DNA of 64,000 bases from Thermodesulfobacteriota bacterium (GCA_964291405.2 OZ219926.1:384001-448000); one strand, 5' to 3'; positions 19,742 through 30,050 are shown, counted from the first letter of the stretch. The notes: generated by a model not told the origin, from the letters alone. Made by a program: numbers and translations.

Positions 19742-21415
19742 TCATTCTGGAAACGCATACCCACCCAGTAATCTGGAGCTGGAACCCGGACCTACCTGCT
19801 CCCGGAACACGAGGCTGGTCCACTGTAAATAAGGTGCATCCTCCACCTTTTCGACGGCGTCGGCTTTAATCCCACTGATCTCAGACTCGCCATCCTGTGT
19901 TCTTTTAATGAGAAACACACCGGTGACTTTACAAATCTGACCCTGCTCACACGGGGAAGTGCCCGGAATGAAAATCGGGATCGTACCGCTGCTGTCCGTG
20001 AGCTTGAACTTCTGGTACGTCCGTGCCCCATAGCGGGTGGTCAGGCTCGTCACTTGTCCGGTCACACTCACGAAGCGCCGATCAAACTGCGTCTGATCGG
20101 CGAGGAGCGCACGCACCGCGTAGACCGGAGCCGTGTAGGCGGGGGCTTCCGCCGGCTCGTCGACCGGAGCCTCGGCCACCGATACGGACGCGGGTTCCGG
20201 TTCGACGGGTTCAACCGTGCTGGCCACGATACCGCTCACCTCGCCTGTGCCGTCATTGGTCGGCTTTACCAGGAAAACGCCATCGACTTCATACGACTCA
20301 CCTTCAGTCAGCGATCTGGCTCCATTCATAAACACCGGGATCTCGCCACTGACATCGTGCAGTTTGAACTTGGTGGAGGGATGGTCTCCATCTGTGACTC
20401 TCAGGGTCGTGACTTCGCCCGCAAGGCTGATAGCCAGCCGATCAAACGCAGCCGGGTCCTCTAACAGGTCAGCCACCAAGAGACCTATGGGGTCATCCAG
20501 AGCCGTCTCTTCAGATTCTGCCAGCTCATCCTCCAGTTCTTGCAACTCGAACTCCTCAGCCGTTTCGTCCTCCGCGAACTCCAGGGGCTCTTCCGCCAGG
20601 GGTCTCTCCTCCAGAGGAAGAACAGTCTGGCCTACAATCCCACTGACCTGCGTCGATCCGTCGCTAGCCGGTTTGACCAGGAACACTCCGCCAACCTCAT
20701 AGGTCTCGCCCTCGGTCAGTACCTGGACGCCGCGCATAAAGACCGGAATCTCACCACTGGGATCGTGTAGCTTAAACTTTGTGGAAGGAGTGTCTCCCTC
20801 TATGACTCTCAGGCTCGTGACTTCACCCGCCAGGCTGACGACCTGCCGATCAAACGCCTCTGGGTCCTCTAACAAGTCGGCCACCAAGAGACCTATGGGG
20901 TCATCCGGAGCCGTCTCTTCAGATTCTGCCAGCTCGTCCTCCAGTTCTTGCGGCTCGAACTCCTCAGCCGTTTCGTCTTCCGCAAGCTCCAGAGGTTCTT
21001 CCGCCAGGGGAAGAACGGTCTGGCCCACAATCCCGCTGACCCGCGTCGATCCGTCTCTGGTCGGTTTGACCAGAAACATCCCGCCAACCTTATACGTCTC
21101 GCCCTCGGTCAGTGCCTGGACGCCGCGCATAAAGACCGGGACCGTCCCGTCCGCGTCACCGAGCTTAAATTTGGTGTACGGTTTTTCGCCTTCCTCAATG
21201 ATAAGGCTTATGACCTGACCGGTCACTGTGACCTCTTGCCTGTCAAAGGCTGTCGGGTCGGAGAGCAGCTCGTCAACGCTTTGGGGCCAGGTCGGCACGG
21301 GCAAGAGCAGGACGAGTAGCACCACCAGACCCCCAGCGCTTCGACGAAAAAGGCAGCCCCCTGGGGCTGCCCCTACTCTTGTGTCTGGAAGGGTTGTCAA
21401 CCAACGTATTCGCAA
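19742..21415 (-). CDS. Exported protein with four OB-fold-like repeats and acidic linkers
   Basis: Signal-like LVVLLVLLLPVPTWP; four copies of V..LL.D...FDR..V...G.V...KFKL.D..G.IP(V/I)F. Confidence 0.75.
   Translation of the reverse strand: MRIRWLTTLPDTRVGAAPGGCLFRRSAGGLVVLLVLLLPVPTWPQSVDELLSDPTAFDRQEVTVTGQVISLIIEEGEKPYTKFKLGDADGTVPVFMRGVQALTEGETYKVGGMFLVKPTRDGSTRVSGIVGQTVLPLAEEPLELAEDETAEEFEPQELEDELAESEETAPDDPIGLLVADLLEDPEAFDRQVVSLAGEVTSLRVIEGDTPSTKFKLHDPSGEIPVFMRGVQVLTEGETYEVGGVFLVKPASDGSTQVSGIVGQTVLPLEERPLAEEPLEFAEDETAEEFELQELEDELAESEETALDDPIGLLVADLLEDPAAFDRLAISLAGEVTTLRVTDGDHPSTKFKLHDVSGEIPVFMNGARSLTEGESYEVDGVFLVKPTNDGTGEVSGIVASTVEPVEPEPASVSVAEAPVDEPAEAPAYTAPVYAVRALLADQTQFDRRFVSVTGQVTSLTTRYGARTYQKFKLTDSSGTIPIFIPGTSPCEQGQICKVTGVFLIKRTQDGESEISGIKADAVEKVEDAPYLQWTSLVFREQVGPGSSSRLLGGYAFPE
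19844..21277 (-). repeat. Intragenic tandem repeats, period about 393-408 bp
   Basis: Near-identical DNA blocks, e.g. GCCACCAAGAGACCTATGGGGTCATCC at about 20472 and 20880. Confidence 0.9.
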
Positions 21416-21440
21416 TGTTTCTCCTTCGGGCCGATCTGGC

Positions 21441-22754
21441 CTAGGGCCAGAACATTTTCTTTGCCGCGCGTTTCAACTCGGGCTGAAAGTCGGGATGCGC
21501 GATGCTGATCAGGGCCTCGGCGCGCTGGCGTTGCGTCTTGCCTTGAAGATTCACCATGCCGAACTCGGTCACCACATAGTCCGTGTACTGGCGTGGCGTG
21601 GTCAGGGTGCTCCCCGGCTCCAGCATGGGAACAATGCGGGACAGCGAGCCTCGGCGCGCCGTGGACGGCAGCACCATGATGGATCGCCCTCCCTCCGAAT
21701 ACATCGAGCCCATCATAAATGTCATCTGCCCGCCGATACCGGAGTACATTTGCGGGCCGATCGACTCGGCCGCGGCCTGCCCGGTCAGGTCGATTGATAA
21801 AGTGCTATTCACCGCGACCTGACTCTTCTGGGCGGCGATGGTCAGCAGGGAGTTCGTATACAATACGCTGTACAACTCAAAGGCCGGGTTGTTATTGACG
21901 AATTCCAGGTCCGCGCCGCCCACGACCATAGCTGCGACCGCCTTGCCCCTGTGCATCGATTTATATTTACCGGTCGCCACGCCACGCTTGACCAGTTCAA
22001 CATGGCTGGCGGTCATGATTTCGCTATGAATCCCCAGATCGTTCCGGTCCATCAGAAACAGACCAATAGCTTCGGAGATCGCGCCAATGCCCATTTGGAC
22101 GGTGTCGCCGTCCTTGATCAGGGTTGAGGCGAATTCCCCAATAACCTCTAAGGTGCCCTGTTCCTCGTCCGGCGGTGGGGGGGTCCCAAGCGGAAAAGGC
22201 TTGGTCTCTTCGACCAGATAGTCGATCTCAGACACATGGATCCAGTTGTCGCCGTGGGTCCGAATGCAAGCCGGGTCAACTTCCGCAACAAAACACTTGG
22301 CCGCCCTGGCCACGTCCTTGTTATACCAGAGGGCGTTACCGAAGCTGCAATAGCCTTTTTCATCCGGCGGTGAGACCACGCCAAAGAAAATATCGGAGTT
22401 CCAGGTATTGGTCCGACCCTGTTCGGCCTGCTTGGCGTACTGGGGATAATCCAGCGGCATGAAATCCACATAGTGCTTTTTCATGCCCTCCCGGCAGCCG
22501 GCCCCGACATAATCAACGATTCGAGTGAACGAGGCGTCATAGACGGCGTCGTTCCAGATGGGGTGCTCGTACAGTGGATAACACTGGATAAGGGTCACCT
22601 GTTCCAGCTCTCTATTCCGCGCCGCCAAGGCGTCCAGAATGGGGATGGGCGGTTTGCCGATATGCAGCCGGACTAAGCTGTCCGATTTGACAAGGCTGGC
22701 GGCCTGTTCGGCTGAGATGAGCTTATCCTTATACGTATGCTGCCAGGGTGCCAT
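21441..22754 (-). CDS. Acetyl-CoA hydrolase/4-hydroxybutyrate CoA-transferase family protein
   Basis: VSPPDEKGYCSFG, DGDTVQMGIG, DLGIHSE, SGIGGQ, YVVTEFG. Confidence 0.9.
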   Translation of the reverse strand: MAPWQHTYKDKLISAEQAASLVKSDSLVRLHIGKPPIPILDALAARNRELEQVTLIQCYPLYEHPIWNDAVYDASFTRIVDYVGAGCREGMKKHYVDFMPLDYPQYAKQAEQGRTNTWNSDIFFGVVSPPDEKGYCSFGNALWYNKDVARAAKCFVAEVDPACIRTHGDNWIHVSEIDYLVEETKPFPLGTPPPPDEEQGTLEVIGEFASTLIKDGDTVQMGIGAISEAIGLFLMDRNDLGIHSEIMTASHVELVKRGVATGKYKSMHRGKAVAAMVVGGADLEFVNNNPAFELYSVLYTNSLLTIAAQKSQVAVNSTLSIDLTGQAAAESIGPQMYSGIGGQMTFMMGSMYSEGGRSIMVLPSTARRGSLSRIVPMLEPGSTLTTPRQYTDYVVTEFGMVNLQGKTQRQRAEALISIAHPDFQPELKRAAKKMFWP

Positions 22755-22781
22755 ACTTTACCTCCCGGTTTCTGTCTCCCA

Positions 22782-23549
22782 TTACCCAACCAAACTATGC
22801 CCGCCATCAACGAAGAGCGTCGTGCCGGTCATGAAGGTATTGGCGTCTGAGGCCAGAAAGATAATCGCCGGTTTGAGCTCCTTGGGGTCACCAACCCGCT
22901 GCATCGGGATCTTGCCTATGATCCCCTTCCCGCCTTTGGTCTCCCAAAATTCGTGGTTCATCGGCGTGTCAAAATAGCCCGGACACAGGGCGTTCACCCG
23001 GATATTATCCCGAGCCCATTCGAGCGCCAGAGTACGGGTGAAAGACACCAAGGCCGCTTTGGTCGCCCCGTAGGCGGCCATATAACGTGCGACAATTTTC
23101 GAGAACAGGGAAGACACGTTAATAATATTACCCTGCCTGCGTTTGGCCATCTCAACCCCAACATGCTTGGAACATAGAACCGGACCCTTGAGGTTGAGGT
23201 TCATAAAACGGTCCCACTCTTCTTCGCTCAGATTGTGCACCGGAGTCGTCCCTCCGATACCGGCGTTGTTAACCAAAACATCGATCTGCCCGAACTCGGC
23301 CATGACCGCTTGCACCATGGCCTGAATCTCAGTGTCTTTGGTGACATCCGCGGCAACGCCAATCACCCGGCGCCCGGTGGCTGCATGGATAGCGGACGAA
23401 ACGGTATCGAGGTCGGCCTGGGTGCGGCTGACGAGCGCCACATCGGCTCCGGATTCAGCTAGAGCGTAGGCCATCTGTTCACCCAGGCCCTTACTGCCTC
23501 CGGTGATAATGGCCTTTTTTCCGGAAAGATCGAAATATGGAGAAGTCAT
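22782..23549 (-). CDS. SDR family oxidoreductase
   Basis: TGGSKGLG, NNAG, YGATK. Confidence 0.92.
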   Translation of the reverse strand: MTSPYFDLSGKKAIITGGSKGLGEQMAYALAESGADVALVSRTQADLDTVSSAIHAATGRRVIGVAADVTKDTEIQAMVQAVMAEFGQIDVLVNNAGIGGTTPVHNLSEEEWDRFMNLNLKGPVLCSKHVGVEMAKRRQGNIINVSSLFSKIVARYMAAYGATKAALVSFTRTLALEWARDNIRVNALCPGYFDTPMNHEFWETKGGKGIIGKIPMQRVGDPKELKPAIIFLASDANTFMTGTTLFVDGGHSLVG

Positions 23550-23559
23550 GGTCGTCCTT

Positions 23560-23618
23560 TAGGGGCTGGGGATTGGGGGTTAGGGAGCCAATCCCCAACC
23601 CCCAATCCCTAATCCCAA
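23560..23618. repeat. Inverted array of heptamer (CCCCAAT-like) repeats
   Basis: GGGGCTG GGGATTG GGGGTTA GGGA gcc AATCCCC AACCCCC AATCCCT AATCCC. Confidence 0.8.
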
Positions 23619-23621
23619 TTC

Positions 23622-24770
23622 TCAGCAGCCCAACTGGCGGGCAATCACCATGCGCTGCACTTCGCTGGTTCCTTCACCAATAGTGAGAATCTTTGAGTCC
23701 AGATAGAAACGGGAGACGGGCGATTCGCGCATGTAGCCATACCCACCGTGAATCTGGACAGCTTCCTCTGCCGTCTTCACCGCGATTTCAGACGAGGCCA
23801 GCTTGGCCATAGCCGCCTCTTTGGCATAAGGTTTACCTTCGTCGCGGAGTGTGGCGGCACGGTAAATCATCAGCCGTGCCATCTCGGCCTGGGTCGCCAT
23901 ATCGGCCAGTTTGAACTGGATAGCCTGATGAGAGGCCAGGGGCTGGCCAAAGGTTTCGCGCTCCAAGGCATGCCTGAGCGACAAATCCAGGCAGGCTTCG
24001 GCCAGCGACAGGCCGAGCGTGGCGACTGAGATGCGCCCGCATTCGAGCGTCTTCAAAAACGCCCGAAAGCCCGAGCCCTGCTCACCCAGGAGATGGTCAC
24101 GCGGCACGCGGACGTTCTCAAAAATCTGCTCTCGCGTATCAACCGTATGCCAGCCTATTTTTTTATACCGCTGGCCAACCGTATAGCCGGGTGTATCTTT
24201 GGGAATAATCAGCGCGCTGTATTGTTTTTTGCCGTTGTCGCTAGTGCCATTCGTGGTAAGCGCAACCAGGCCGTAACTCAGCGGCGTCCCTGCGTTGGAG
24301 ATAAAACTCTTGGTGCCGTTCACCACCCAGGAATCGCCCTCAAGACGGGACGTGGTCATAATATTGGCGGCATCCGAACCGGCCTGGGGTTCGGTCAGAC
24401 CGAAGGCTCCGAGGTGTTTCCCTTTGGCCAGGGGAGTCAGCCATTTTTTCTTTTGTTCGTCCGTACCAAAATGCAAATACGGCAGCGAGCCTATGGTCAG
24501 ATGGGCCTGGAGCGTTGTGGCAATCGACTGATCGACCTTACCCAACTCCTCAATCGCCATGACCATGCTCATGGTGCCGGCGTTGGAGCCTCCGTACTCC
24601 TCGGGGATGAGCAGCCCCATCAACTGCAACTCGGCGAGCTTGTGAAAAATCTCAGTGGGGAAATACTCCACGGCGGACCACTCGTCCGCGTACGGAGCGA
24701 TCTCTTTTCTGGCGAAATCACGACACAGGTCGCGGATCATTGTCTGTTCTTGCGTCAGTTCAAAATCCAT
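23622..24770 (-). CDS. Acyl-CoA dehydrogenase
   Basis: GAFGLTEPQAGSD, NGTKSFISN, QIHGGYGY, IGEGTSEVQR. Confidence 0.95.
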   Translation of the reverse strand: MDFELTQEQTMIRDLCRDFARKEIAPYADEWSAVEYFPTEIFHKLAELQLMGLLIPEEYGGSNAGTMSMVMAIEELGKVDQSIATTLQAHLTIGSLPYLHFGTDEQKKKWLTPLAKGKHLGAFGLTEPQAGSDAANIMTTSRLEGDSWVVNGTKSFISNAGTPLSYGLVALTTNGTSDNGKKQYSALIIPKDTPGYTVGQRYKKIGWHTVDTREQIFENVRVPRDHLLGEQGSGFRAFLKTLECGRISVATLGLSLAEACLDLSLRHALERETFGQPLASHQAIQFKLADMATQAEMARLMIYRAATLRDEGKPYAKEAAMAKLASSEIAVKTAEEAVQIHGGYGYMRESPVSRFYLDSKILTIGEGTSEVQRMVIARQLGC

Positions 24771-24981
24771 AGCCGTCTTACTCCAACACCGTCGGACAAG
24801 ATTGGACCCATCTGCTTGGCGTCTCGGACGTTCTTGGCATCTTGGCTGTGGTCCTCATGATTGTCAAGGTAAAACCCCGTAGCGCCACGGCAATAGACGG
24901 CACGCGATCGAGACGATAATAAGCCTCTTGGAGAGACAATACCGAGTCAACCACACGCCCTGACGACGAGAGGAGAACACC

Positions 24982-25926
24982 ATGGCCCGTCCCATTCAAT
25001 TTGGTCTGTTTCAGCCCCAGATCGGCCTACCGTTTCCATTGCTCAAAGAACGGGCCCTGGCCTGCGAGGAGTACGGTTTCCACTCCATCTGGTTTACCGA
25101 TCACATGTGGCCGCGCGGGCTGACCCAGGCCGATTTCCTGGAGGGCTGGACGGTCATGTCGTCCATGGCCATGGTCACCACCACGATCCGCGTCGGCGGT
25201 CTGGTGCTGTGCAACTCCTATCGCAACCCCGCCTTTCTGGCCAAGATGGCGGCCAGCCTGGACAACATCAGCGAAGGCCGGGTTGAAATCGGTCTGGGAG
25301 CCGGCTGGATGAATGAGGAATATGAGGCCTACGGCTACCCCTTTCCGTCCGGTGGTACCCGAGCGGACCAGATGAGAGAAGGCGTCGTCATCATGAAGAA
25401 GATGTTTACCGAAGACGCCGCCTCGTATGCAGGCGAACACTACACCATCGCGGAGGCCCACTGTAATCCCAAACCAATTCAGAAGCCCTACCCGCCCATT
25501 ACGATCGGGGCCATGGCCGAACGCAAGGGGCTCAAGATTGTTGCCGAACACGCCGACCGCTGGAACTGTCCGGCGGCCGCGGCCCATAGAATCGAGCAGA
25601 AGTGGGCGGTGATTACCGACCACTGCAAAACCATCGACCGCAACCCGGACGAGATTGAAATCTCCGAACAGACGCTGGTTGTCCTGGGGAAAGACAAACA
25701 GGATTTTGACAAGAAATACCCGCTGGCCAAAAAGACCCTGGGTCGGCTGGCCAACCTCGACAAATGCGGCGTATGCGGCGATCCGAACGGCGTCATTCAG
25801 GCCTTGCAGGAGAAAAATAAGAAAGGTGTGACGCTGTTTACCATGATATTCAGCGATATGGCGCAGGACGATTTCCTGGCCACGCTCAAAATCTTTGCCA
25901 ACGAAGTCATGCCCGCCTTCCGGTAA
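24982..25926 (+). CDS. LLM class oxidoreductase (F420-dependent-like clade)
   Basis: W.TDHM, LVLCNSYRNPAFLAKMAASLD..S.GR...G.GAGW. Confidence 0.9.
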   Translation: MARPIQFGLFQPQIGLPFPLLKERALACEEYGFHSIWFTDHMWPRGLTQADFLEGWTVMSSMAMVTTTIRVGGLVLCNSYRNPAFLAKMAASLDNISEGRVEIGLGAGWMNEEYEAYGYPFPSGGTRADQMREGVVIMKKMFTEDAASYAGEHYTIAEAHCNPKPIQKPYPPITIGAMAERKGLKIVAEHADRWNCPAAAAHRIEQKWAVITDHCKTIDRNPDEIEISEQTLVVLGKDKQDFDKKYPLAKKTLGRLANLDKCGVCGDPNGVIQALQEKNKKGVTLFTMIFSDMAQDDFLATLKIFANEVMPAFR

Positions 25927-25932
25927 GCAGCC

Positions 25933-26370
25933 ATGCAGCCGCAGCCAAAATCCTTTGACGACGTAGAGATCGGCGACGAGATCGGACCGGTCTGGAAAAC
26001 CCCGACAAAAGAGACGGTGCTCCGCTATGCGGATGCGGTCCAGATCACCGGCCTTAAATTCTTCTTTCACCAGAAGGACGCCGAGCAGGCCGGGCTGACC
26101 AAGCCGATTATTCCCGGTCCTTTGAGCACCACGTATCTCTGTCAAATGCTCAAGGACTTTTTTGTGGGCTGGCGGCTGCGCAGCCTGAGCACCACGTTTC
26201 GCACGCCCGTGCGCCACGGCGACACGATTGCGCTGTGGGGCATGATTACCGAGAAAAACGAGGAAGACGGCGTGCCAACCGTGTACTGCGACTTGGTCGT
26301 TGAGAACGAGCACGGCGAACGTACCATTACCGGCACGGCCGTACTGGTTCCGTACACTCCGCAGCAATAG
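25933..26370 (+). CDS. MaoC-like hotdog-fold protein
   Basis: FDDVEIGDE...AEQAGL..PIIPG...FRTPVRHGDT. Confidence 0.8.
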   Translation: MQPQPKSFDDVEIGDEIGPVWKTPTKETVLRYADAVQITGLKFFFHQKDAEQAGLTKPIIPGPLSTTYLCQMLKDFFVGWRLRSLSTTFRTPVRHGDTIALWGMITEKNEEDGVPTVYCDLVVENEHGERTITGTAVLVPYTPQQ

Positions 26371-26392
26371 AGCCGGTTTTCCTCGCAATCTA

Positions 26393-27460
26393 CTATTTCA
26401 TCCTGCGAATCACGGCCCGGGCAAAGGCGTCGATGGTCGTACGGGCGTCCGTCACTGGCTGGATCGCGACCTGTTTGATGCCGGCTTTCTTCATGGCCTT
26501 GACCGATTCCAACACTTCTTCCTTGGTGCCGGTCAGCGTGGTGGCCCGAATCATCTTCTCCGTGACCAGCGGCTCGTGCTCCTTCTTAAAGCCTTGCAGA
26601 TAATCGGCGTAGAGCTTGAGGTGACGAGTTTCGATTGAACCCTCGGGGGCGCGATAGGCATTCTTGAAAGCCATCAGGTCGTCCCGCACATCAGCCGGCA
26701 GGTCCTTCGGGTTGGGACAGGAAAAGGCAAAGATATTGCTGGAGGACGAGACAAACGGACCGACGGCGCTACGGACTTTCGAGGTTTCGAGCGACTCGCC
26801 CTTATTGGTGAGATGGAAGGCGGTCATGCACAGGGTGTAAATCCGCTTCGGGTTGCGCCCGGCCCGCTCGGCTCCGGTCCGGATGTGATTCATTACGAAC
26901 TCAATCAGGCTGGGGCTGACGGCGCCAAACAGAATAATGCCGTCGGCGATTTCGCCCGCCAGCTCCAAGGTCTTGGGACCGCTCGCCGCCACATAAATCG
27001 GCACTTTTTTCCTGATGTTGATCCAGCCGCCCTTGGGGTTGAGGAACTTCACCATGCGGCGACGGTGGCCCTCCTGGTAGGGCGTGGTCTTGCCCGCCAA
27101 CAGGTCGCGGCAGGTCTCGACGTGCTCGCGCATGTCTATCAGCCGGGCCGCCGGCATGCCCAGGGTCCGCCGGGCCGTATTCCCCGTTCCAATCCCGAGG
27201 ATGGTCCGGCCGGGCGCCAGTTCGTTGATGGACGCAATCGCGCCGGCCGTGACCGGGGCGATGCGCGAGGCCGGATTGGTCACTCCAGGTCCCAGCTTGA
27301 TCTTTTTGGTGTTCACCGCGCACAGGGCCAGGGAGGCATAGACATCGCTGAACAACATCTGGGAATCATACAGCCAGGCGTGCGTATAGCCGCGCTTTTC
27401 CGCCAGCATGACGTCTTTATAGACATGCACTCCGCCAGGAAACACATAACCATAGTCCAT
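26393..27460 (-). CDS. LLM class flavin-dependent oxidoreductase
   Basis: W.YDSQ, IKLGPGVTNP.SR, PIYVAASGPKTLELAGEIADG. Confidence 0.9.
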   Translation of the reverse strand: MDYGYVFPGGVHVYKDVMLAEKRGYTHAWLYDSQMLFSDVYASLALCAVNTKKIKLGPGVTNPASRIAPVTAGAIASINELAPGRTILGIGTGNTARRTLGMPAARLIDMREHVETCRDLLAGKTTPYQEGHRRRMVKFLNPKGGWINIRKKVPIYVAASGPKTLELAGEIADGIILFGAVSPSLIEFVMNHIRTGAERAGRNPKRIYTLCMTAFHLTNKGESLETSKVRSAVGPFVSSSSNIFAFSCPNPKDLPADVRDDLMAFKNAYRAPEGSIETRHLKLYADYLQGFKKEHEPLVTEKMIRATTLTGTKEEVLESVKAMKKAGIKQVAIQPVTDARTTIDAFARAVIRRMK

Positions 27461-27493
27461 TCTTCACTCCTCCAGTACGACGTTCGCTTTCGA

Positions 27494-28867
27494 TTACAGT
27501 CCTTGGGTCACATTGCGCAGATCGGATGCGGCTTCAAGCGCCCGGACCGCCTCGCACACCTGGTTGGCGCGTGCGTCCGTCCAGACCGCGGTCGCGAGAT
27601 CGGTGTATTTCGCCGTCAGCTCATCCCACGACAACGGGTTTTCCGGGTCGCCTTTTGGGAAACGCACCTGAGCGGAGACTTCCTGCCCGGTATCCAGAGC
27701 GACGCGCGCCCAGGCCGGCCATTCCTTGGGATAGTTTTTTTCCAGTTCCGGGTCACGCTCGTACCCGACCTTGGCCATGAGAGCGCCGACTGCGGCATCC
27801 TCCAGCATGGCGTCGGAGAACTCATCCAGCCCGGCTCGCCGCTTGACCAACGCCACCGCAACACCAAAGGGCAGACTGAACTGGGCCTCAACCACATTCG
27901 TGGGACGATACTTGCGCTCGGCCGGCTCGCAGATGACCGGGATGCCGGTTTCGAGCATGCCGATGGTAACCCGCTCGACCTGCTCGGGTTGCAGGTCGTG
28001 TTCCTGCACGATGCTGAGCACCGCGTCGATCGGGGCCTGTGTGTAACGGCAGCAGGCGTGCGGTTTGACCGCGGTTTGCAGAATCTGAAAATCCTCGCCC
28101 AACCCCTGGCTGATTTTGCTTGGCTCGGGCCGCACCCCATACGCCTTGAGAAAGCCGTCCCGCCCTTCGAGGATCGTCTGTGGGCCAATGAATCCTTCCT
28201 TGGCTAACAGAGCGGCGTGGATACCACTGAACGCGGCCCAGCCCGGATGGAAGCGCTTTGTCCAGGCCCCCTCGGCCAGGAACTCCATCGACCCGGCAGA
28301 TTGACTGCCGGCAATACCGAGGGCGGACAGTAGTTGGGCCTCACTCAAGCCCAGCAACTTGGCCGCGCTGGCCGTAGCGCCAAAGGTGCCACAGGTCGCC
28401 GTGGGATGAAACCCGCGACCGTAGTGCTCGGTCGGTTTGAGGGCCATAGCCAGCCGGGACGCGACCTCAAAGCCGACCACGCTGGCGGTGAGAAAATCCT
28501 TGCCGCTCGCGCCCACTTGCTCTGCCACGGCGAGCGCCGCGGAAAAGACCGACACGCCCAGATGAATCGACCCGGCCTGATGGGTGTCGTCCAGTTCCAG
28601 GCTGTGGGCGGAGGTGCCGTTGGCCAGGGCTGCATACGGGAAGTTCGCCTTCTCCGTCCGGCCCAGGACCGTTCCCTGCCCGGCCGAGGCCAGGCTATCT
28701 GCCAGACGGTAGAGCGGCTGACTCGAATCGGACAGCGAACCGCGTACCGCAACGCCCAGATAGTCGAGAAAGAAGTATTTGGCCCGATCGACCACCTCGG
28801 CCGGCAGGCTGTCATATTCGAGCCGGGTACAGAATGCGGCCAGATGTTGAGTCAGCGGAATTTCCAT
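27494..28867 (-). CDS. MmgE/PrpD family protein
   Basis: NGTSAHSLELDDTH, RGFHPT, KPHACCR, AQFSLPF, PKGDPENP. Confidence 0.93.
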   Translation of the reverse strand: MEIPLTQHLAAFCTRLEYDSLPAEVVDRAKYFFLDYLGVAVRGSLSDSSQPLYRLADSLASAGQGTVLGRTEKANFPYAALANGTSAHSLELDDTHQAGSIHLGVSVFSAALAVAEQVGASGKDFLTASVVGFEVASRLAMALKPTEHYGRGFHPTATCGTFGATASAAKLLGLSEAQLLSALGIAGSQSAGSMEFLAEGAWTKRFHPGWAAFSGIHAALLAKEGFIGPQTILEGRDGFLKAYGVRPEPSKISQGLGEDFQILQTAVKPHACCRYTQAPIDAVLSIVQEHDLQPEQVERVTIGMLETGIPVICEPAERKYRPTNVVEAQFSLPFGVAVALVKRRAGLDEFSDAMLEDAAVGALMAKVGYERDPELEKNYPKEWPAWARVALDTGQEVSAQVRFPKGDPENPLSWDELTAKYTDLATAVWTDARANQVCEAVRALEAASDLRNVTQGL

Positions 28868-28927
28868 ATACCGCCCTCCCCCTCTCCCCCTAGGGTCGGG
28901 GCGAGGGTCACTGAAAAAGAAACGCCC

Positions 28928-29941
28928 TTACAACTTCGGAATCACTTTTTCGCCAAAGGTGCGTATCGCTTGCAACGTATTCTCGTGCGACGGACCGCCC
29001 GGCTGTCGAAAGCGCATGATCAAATAATCCGGCTGAATTGCCTCTTTCCACATCTGGAGTTGCTCCAGGCAGTCTTCGGGCGAGCCTACAATCAGCCGCT
29101 CCTTGGCGGCTATGCCAAAGCTCAGCTCCTCGGGCGTCTTGACATCCTTGATGTGTTCATCCTGGACATAGGCGTCATACTGAAAGTAGAAGCGGTGGGT
29201 ATACATGGTCGGCCCACTCGCGGCTTCGGCGTCGGCCATGCTGTCGGCCAGCACGGCATCGCGCATCAGGCAGATATACGGCTTCCGGCCCGCCTTTTCC
29301 GCAGCTGCCCGGTAGCGGGTGGCATAGTCCTTAATGACCCCGAGGCTCTGCACCGGGTCGGCGATCCAGCCGTCCGCCAGCCGACCCGCCCGGCGCAGCC
29401 CGACCGGCGTCCACGATGCCATCCAGATCGGCGGACCGGATTGTTGGCTCGGACCGGGCGTAATCAGGGTGTCCTGATAGTGAAAATGCTTACCCTCAAA
29501 AGAGAAGCGCTCCCCGGTCCAGCTCTTGCGGATAATATCGATGGCTTCTTCGGTCCGGGTGGCCCGCTCGGTGATCGGAATCTCGAACGCGTCGAAATCG
29601 TGCTGCTGATACCCCACGCCGAGACTCAAAACGAGACGCCCCTTGGTCGCCTGGTCAATCACGGCGCAGTCTTCCGCAACATGAACGGGATGGTGGAGCG
29701 GCATCAACAGCACGCACGTGCCGACCTTGATGCGTTCGGTCTTCATCCCAACCAGGCCGGCCAGCAGCAACGGGTTGGGCAGATAGCCGTCCTCCTGCTG
29801 GTGGTGCTCGGTCAGAAAGCAGCCGTCCCAGCCACTGGCCTCCGCGGCCTGGGCTTCGGCAATAATTTCATCAATCACCCGTCCCATATTCGTCCCGGAC
29901 GGGGGGTCTTGAGTGCAGGGAAGATAGCCAACTGGCAGCAT
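28928..29941 (-). CDS. LLM class flavin-dependent oxidoreductase
   Basis: LTEHH..DGYLPNP, HPVHVAED.A..D..T.GR. Confidence 0.9.
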   Translation of the reverse strand: MLPVGYLPCTQDPPSGTNMGRVIDEIIAEAQAAEASGWDGCFLTEHHQQEDGYLPNPLLLAGLVGMKTERIKVGTCVLLMPLHHPVHVAEDCAVIDQATKGRLVLSLGVGYQQHDFDAFEIPITERATRTEEAIDIIRKSWTGERFSFEGKHFHYQDTLITPGPSQQSGPPIWMASWTPVGLRRAGRLADGWIADPVQSLGVIKDYATRYRAAAEKAGRKPYICLMRDAVLADSMADAEAASGPTMYTHRFYFQYDAYVQDEHIKDVKTPEELSFGIAAKERLIVGSPEDCLEQLQMWKEAIQPDYLIMRFRQPGGPSHENTLQAIRTFGEKVIPKL

Positions 29942-30021
29942 ACGCGTTCTCCTTTTGGGTTCGTAGTAGGGACTGCCTAGGAAAACAAAAACTCCCGCGC
30001 TTGTCTATCGCCGGGGCGCGG

Positions 30022-30050
30022 GGCCGGAGGTAGTGTAACTACTTCCGGCC
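30022..30050. other. 13-bp hairpin at a likely rearrangement junction
   Basis: GGCCGGAGGTAGT-GTA-ACTACTTCCGGCC. Confidence 0.6.

Noticed and set aside
19844-21277. Possible CRISPR array or non-coding repeat locus
   Set aside because: The repeats are about 400 bp, in frame and protein-coding, with no repeat-spacer structure or cas genes
25027-29980. Long antisense ORFs (453, 464 and 548 aa)
   Set aside because: Shadows of real high-GC genes on the opposite strand, with no recognisable motifs
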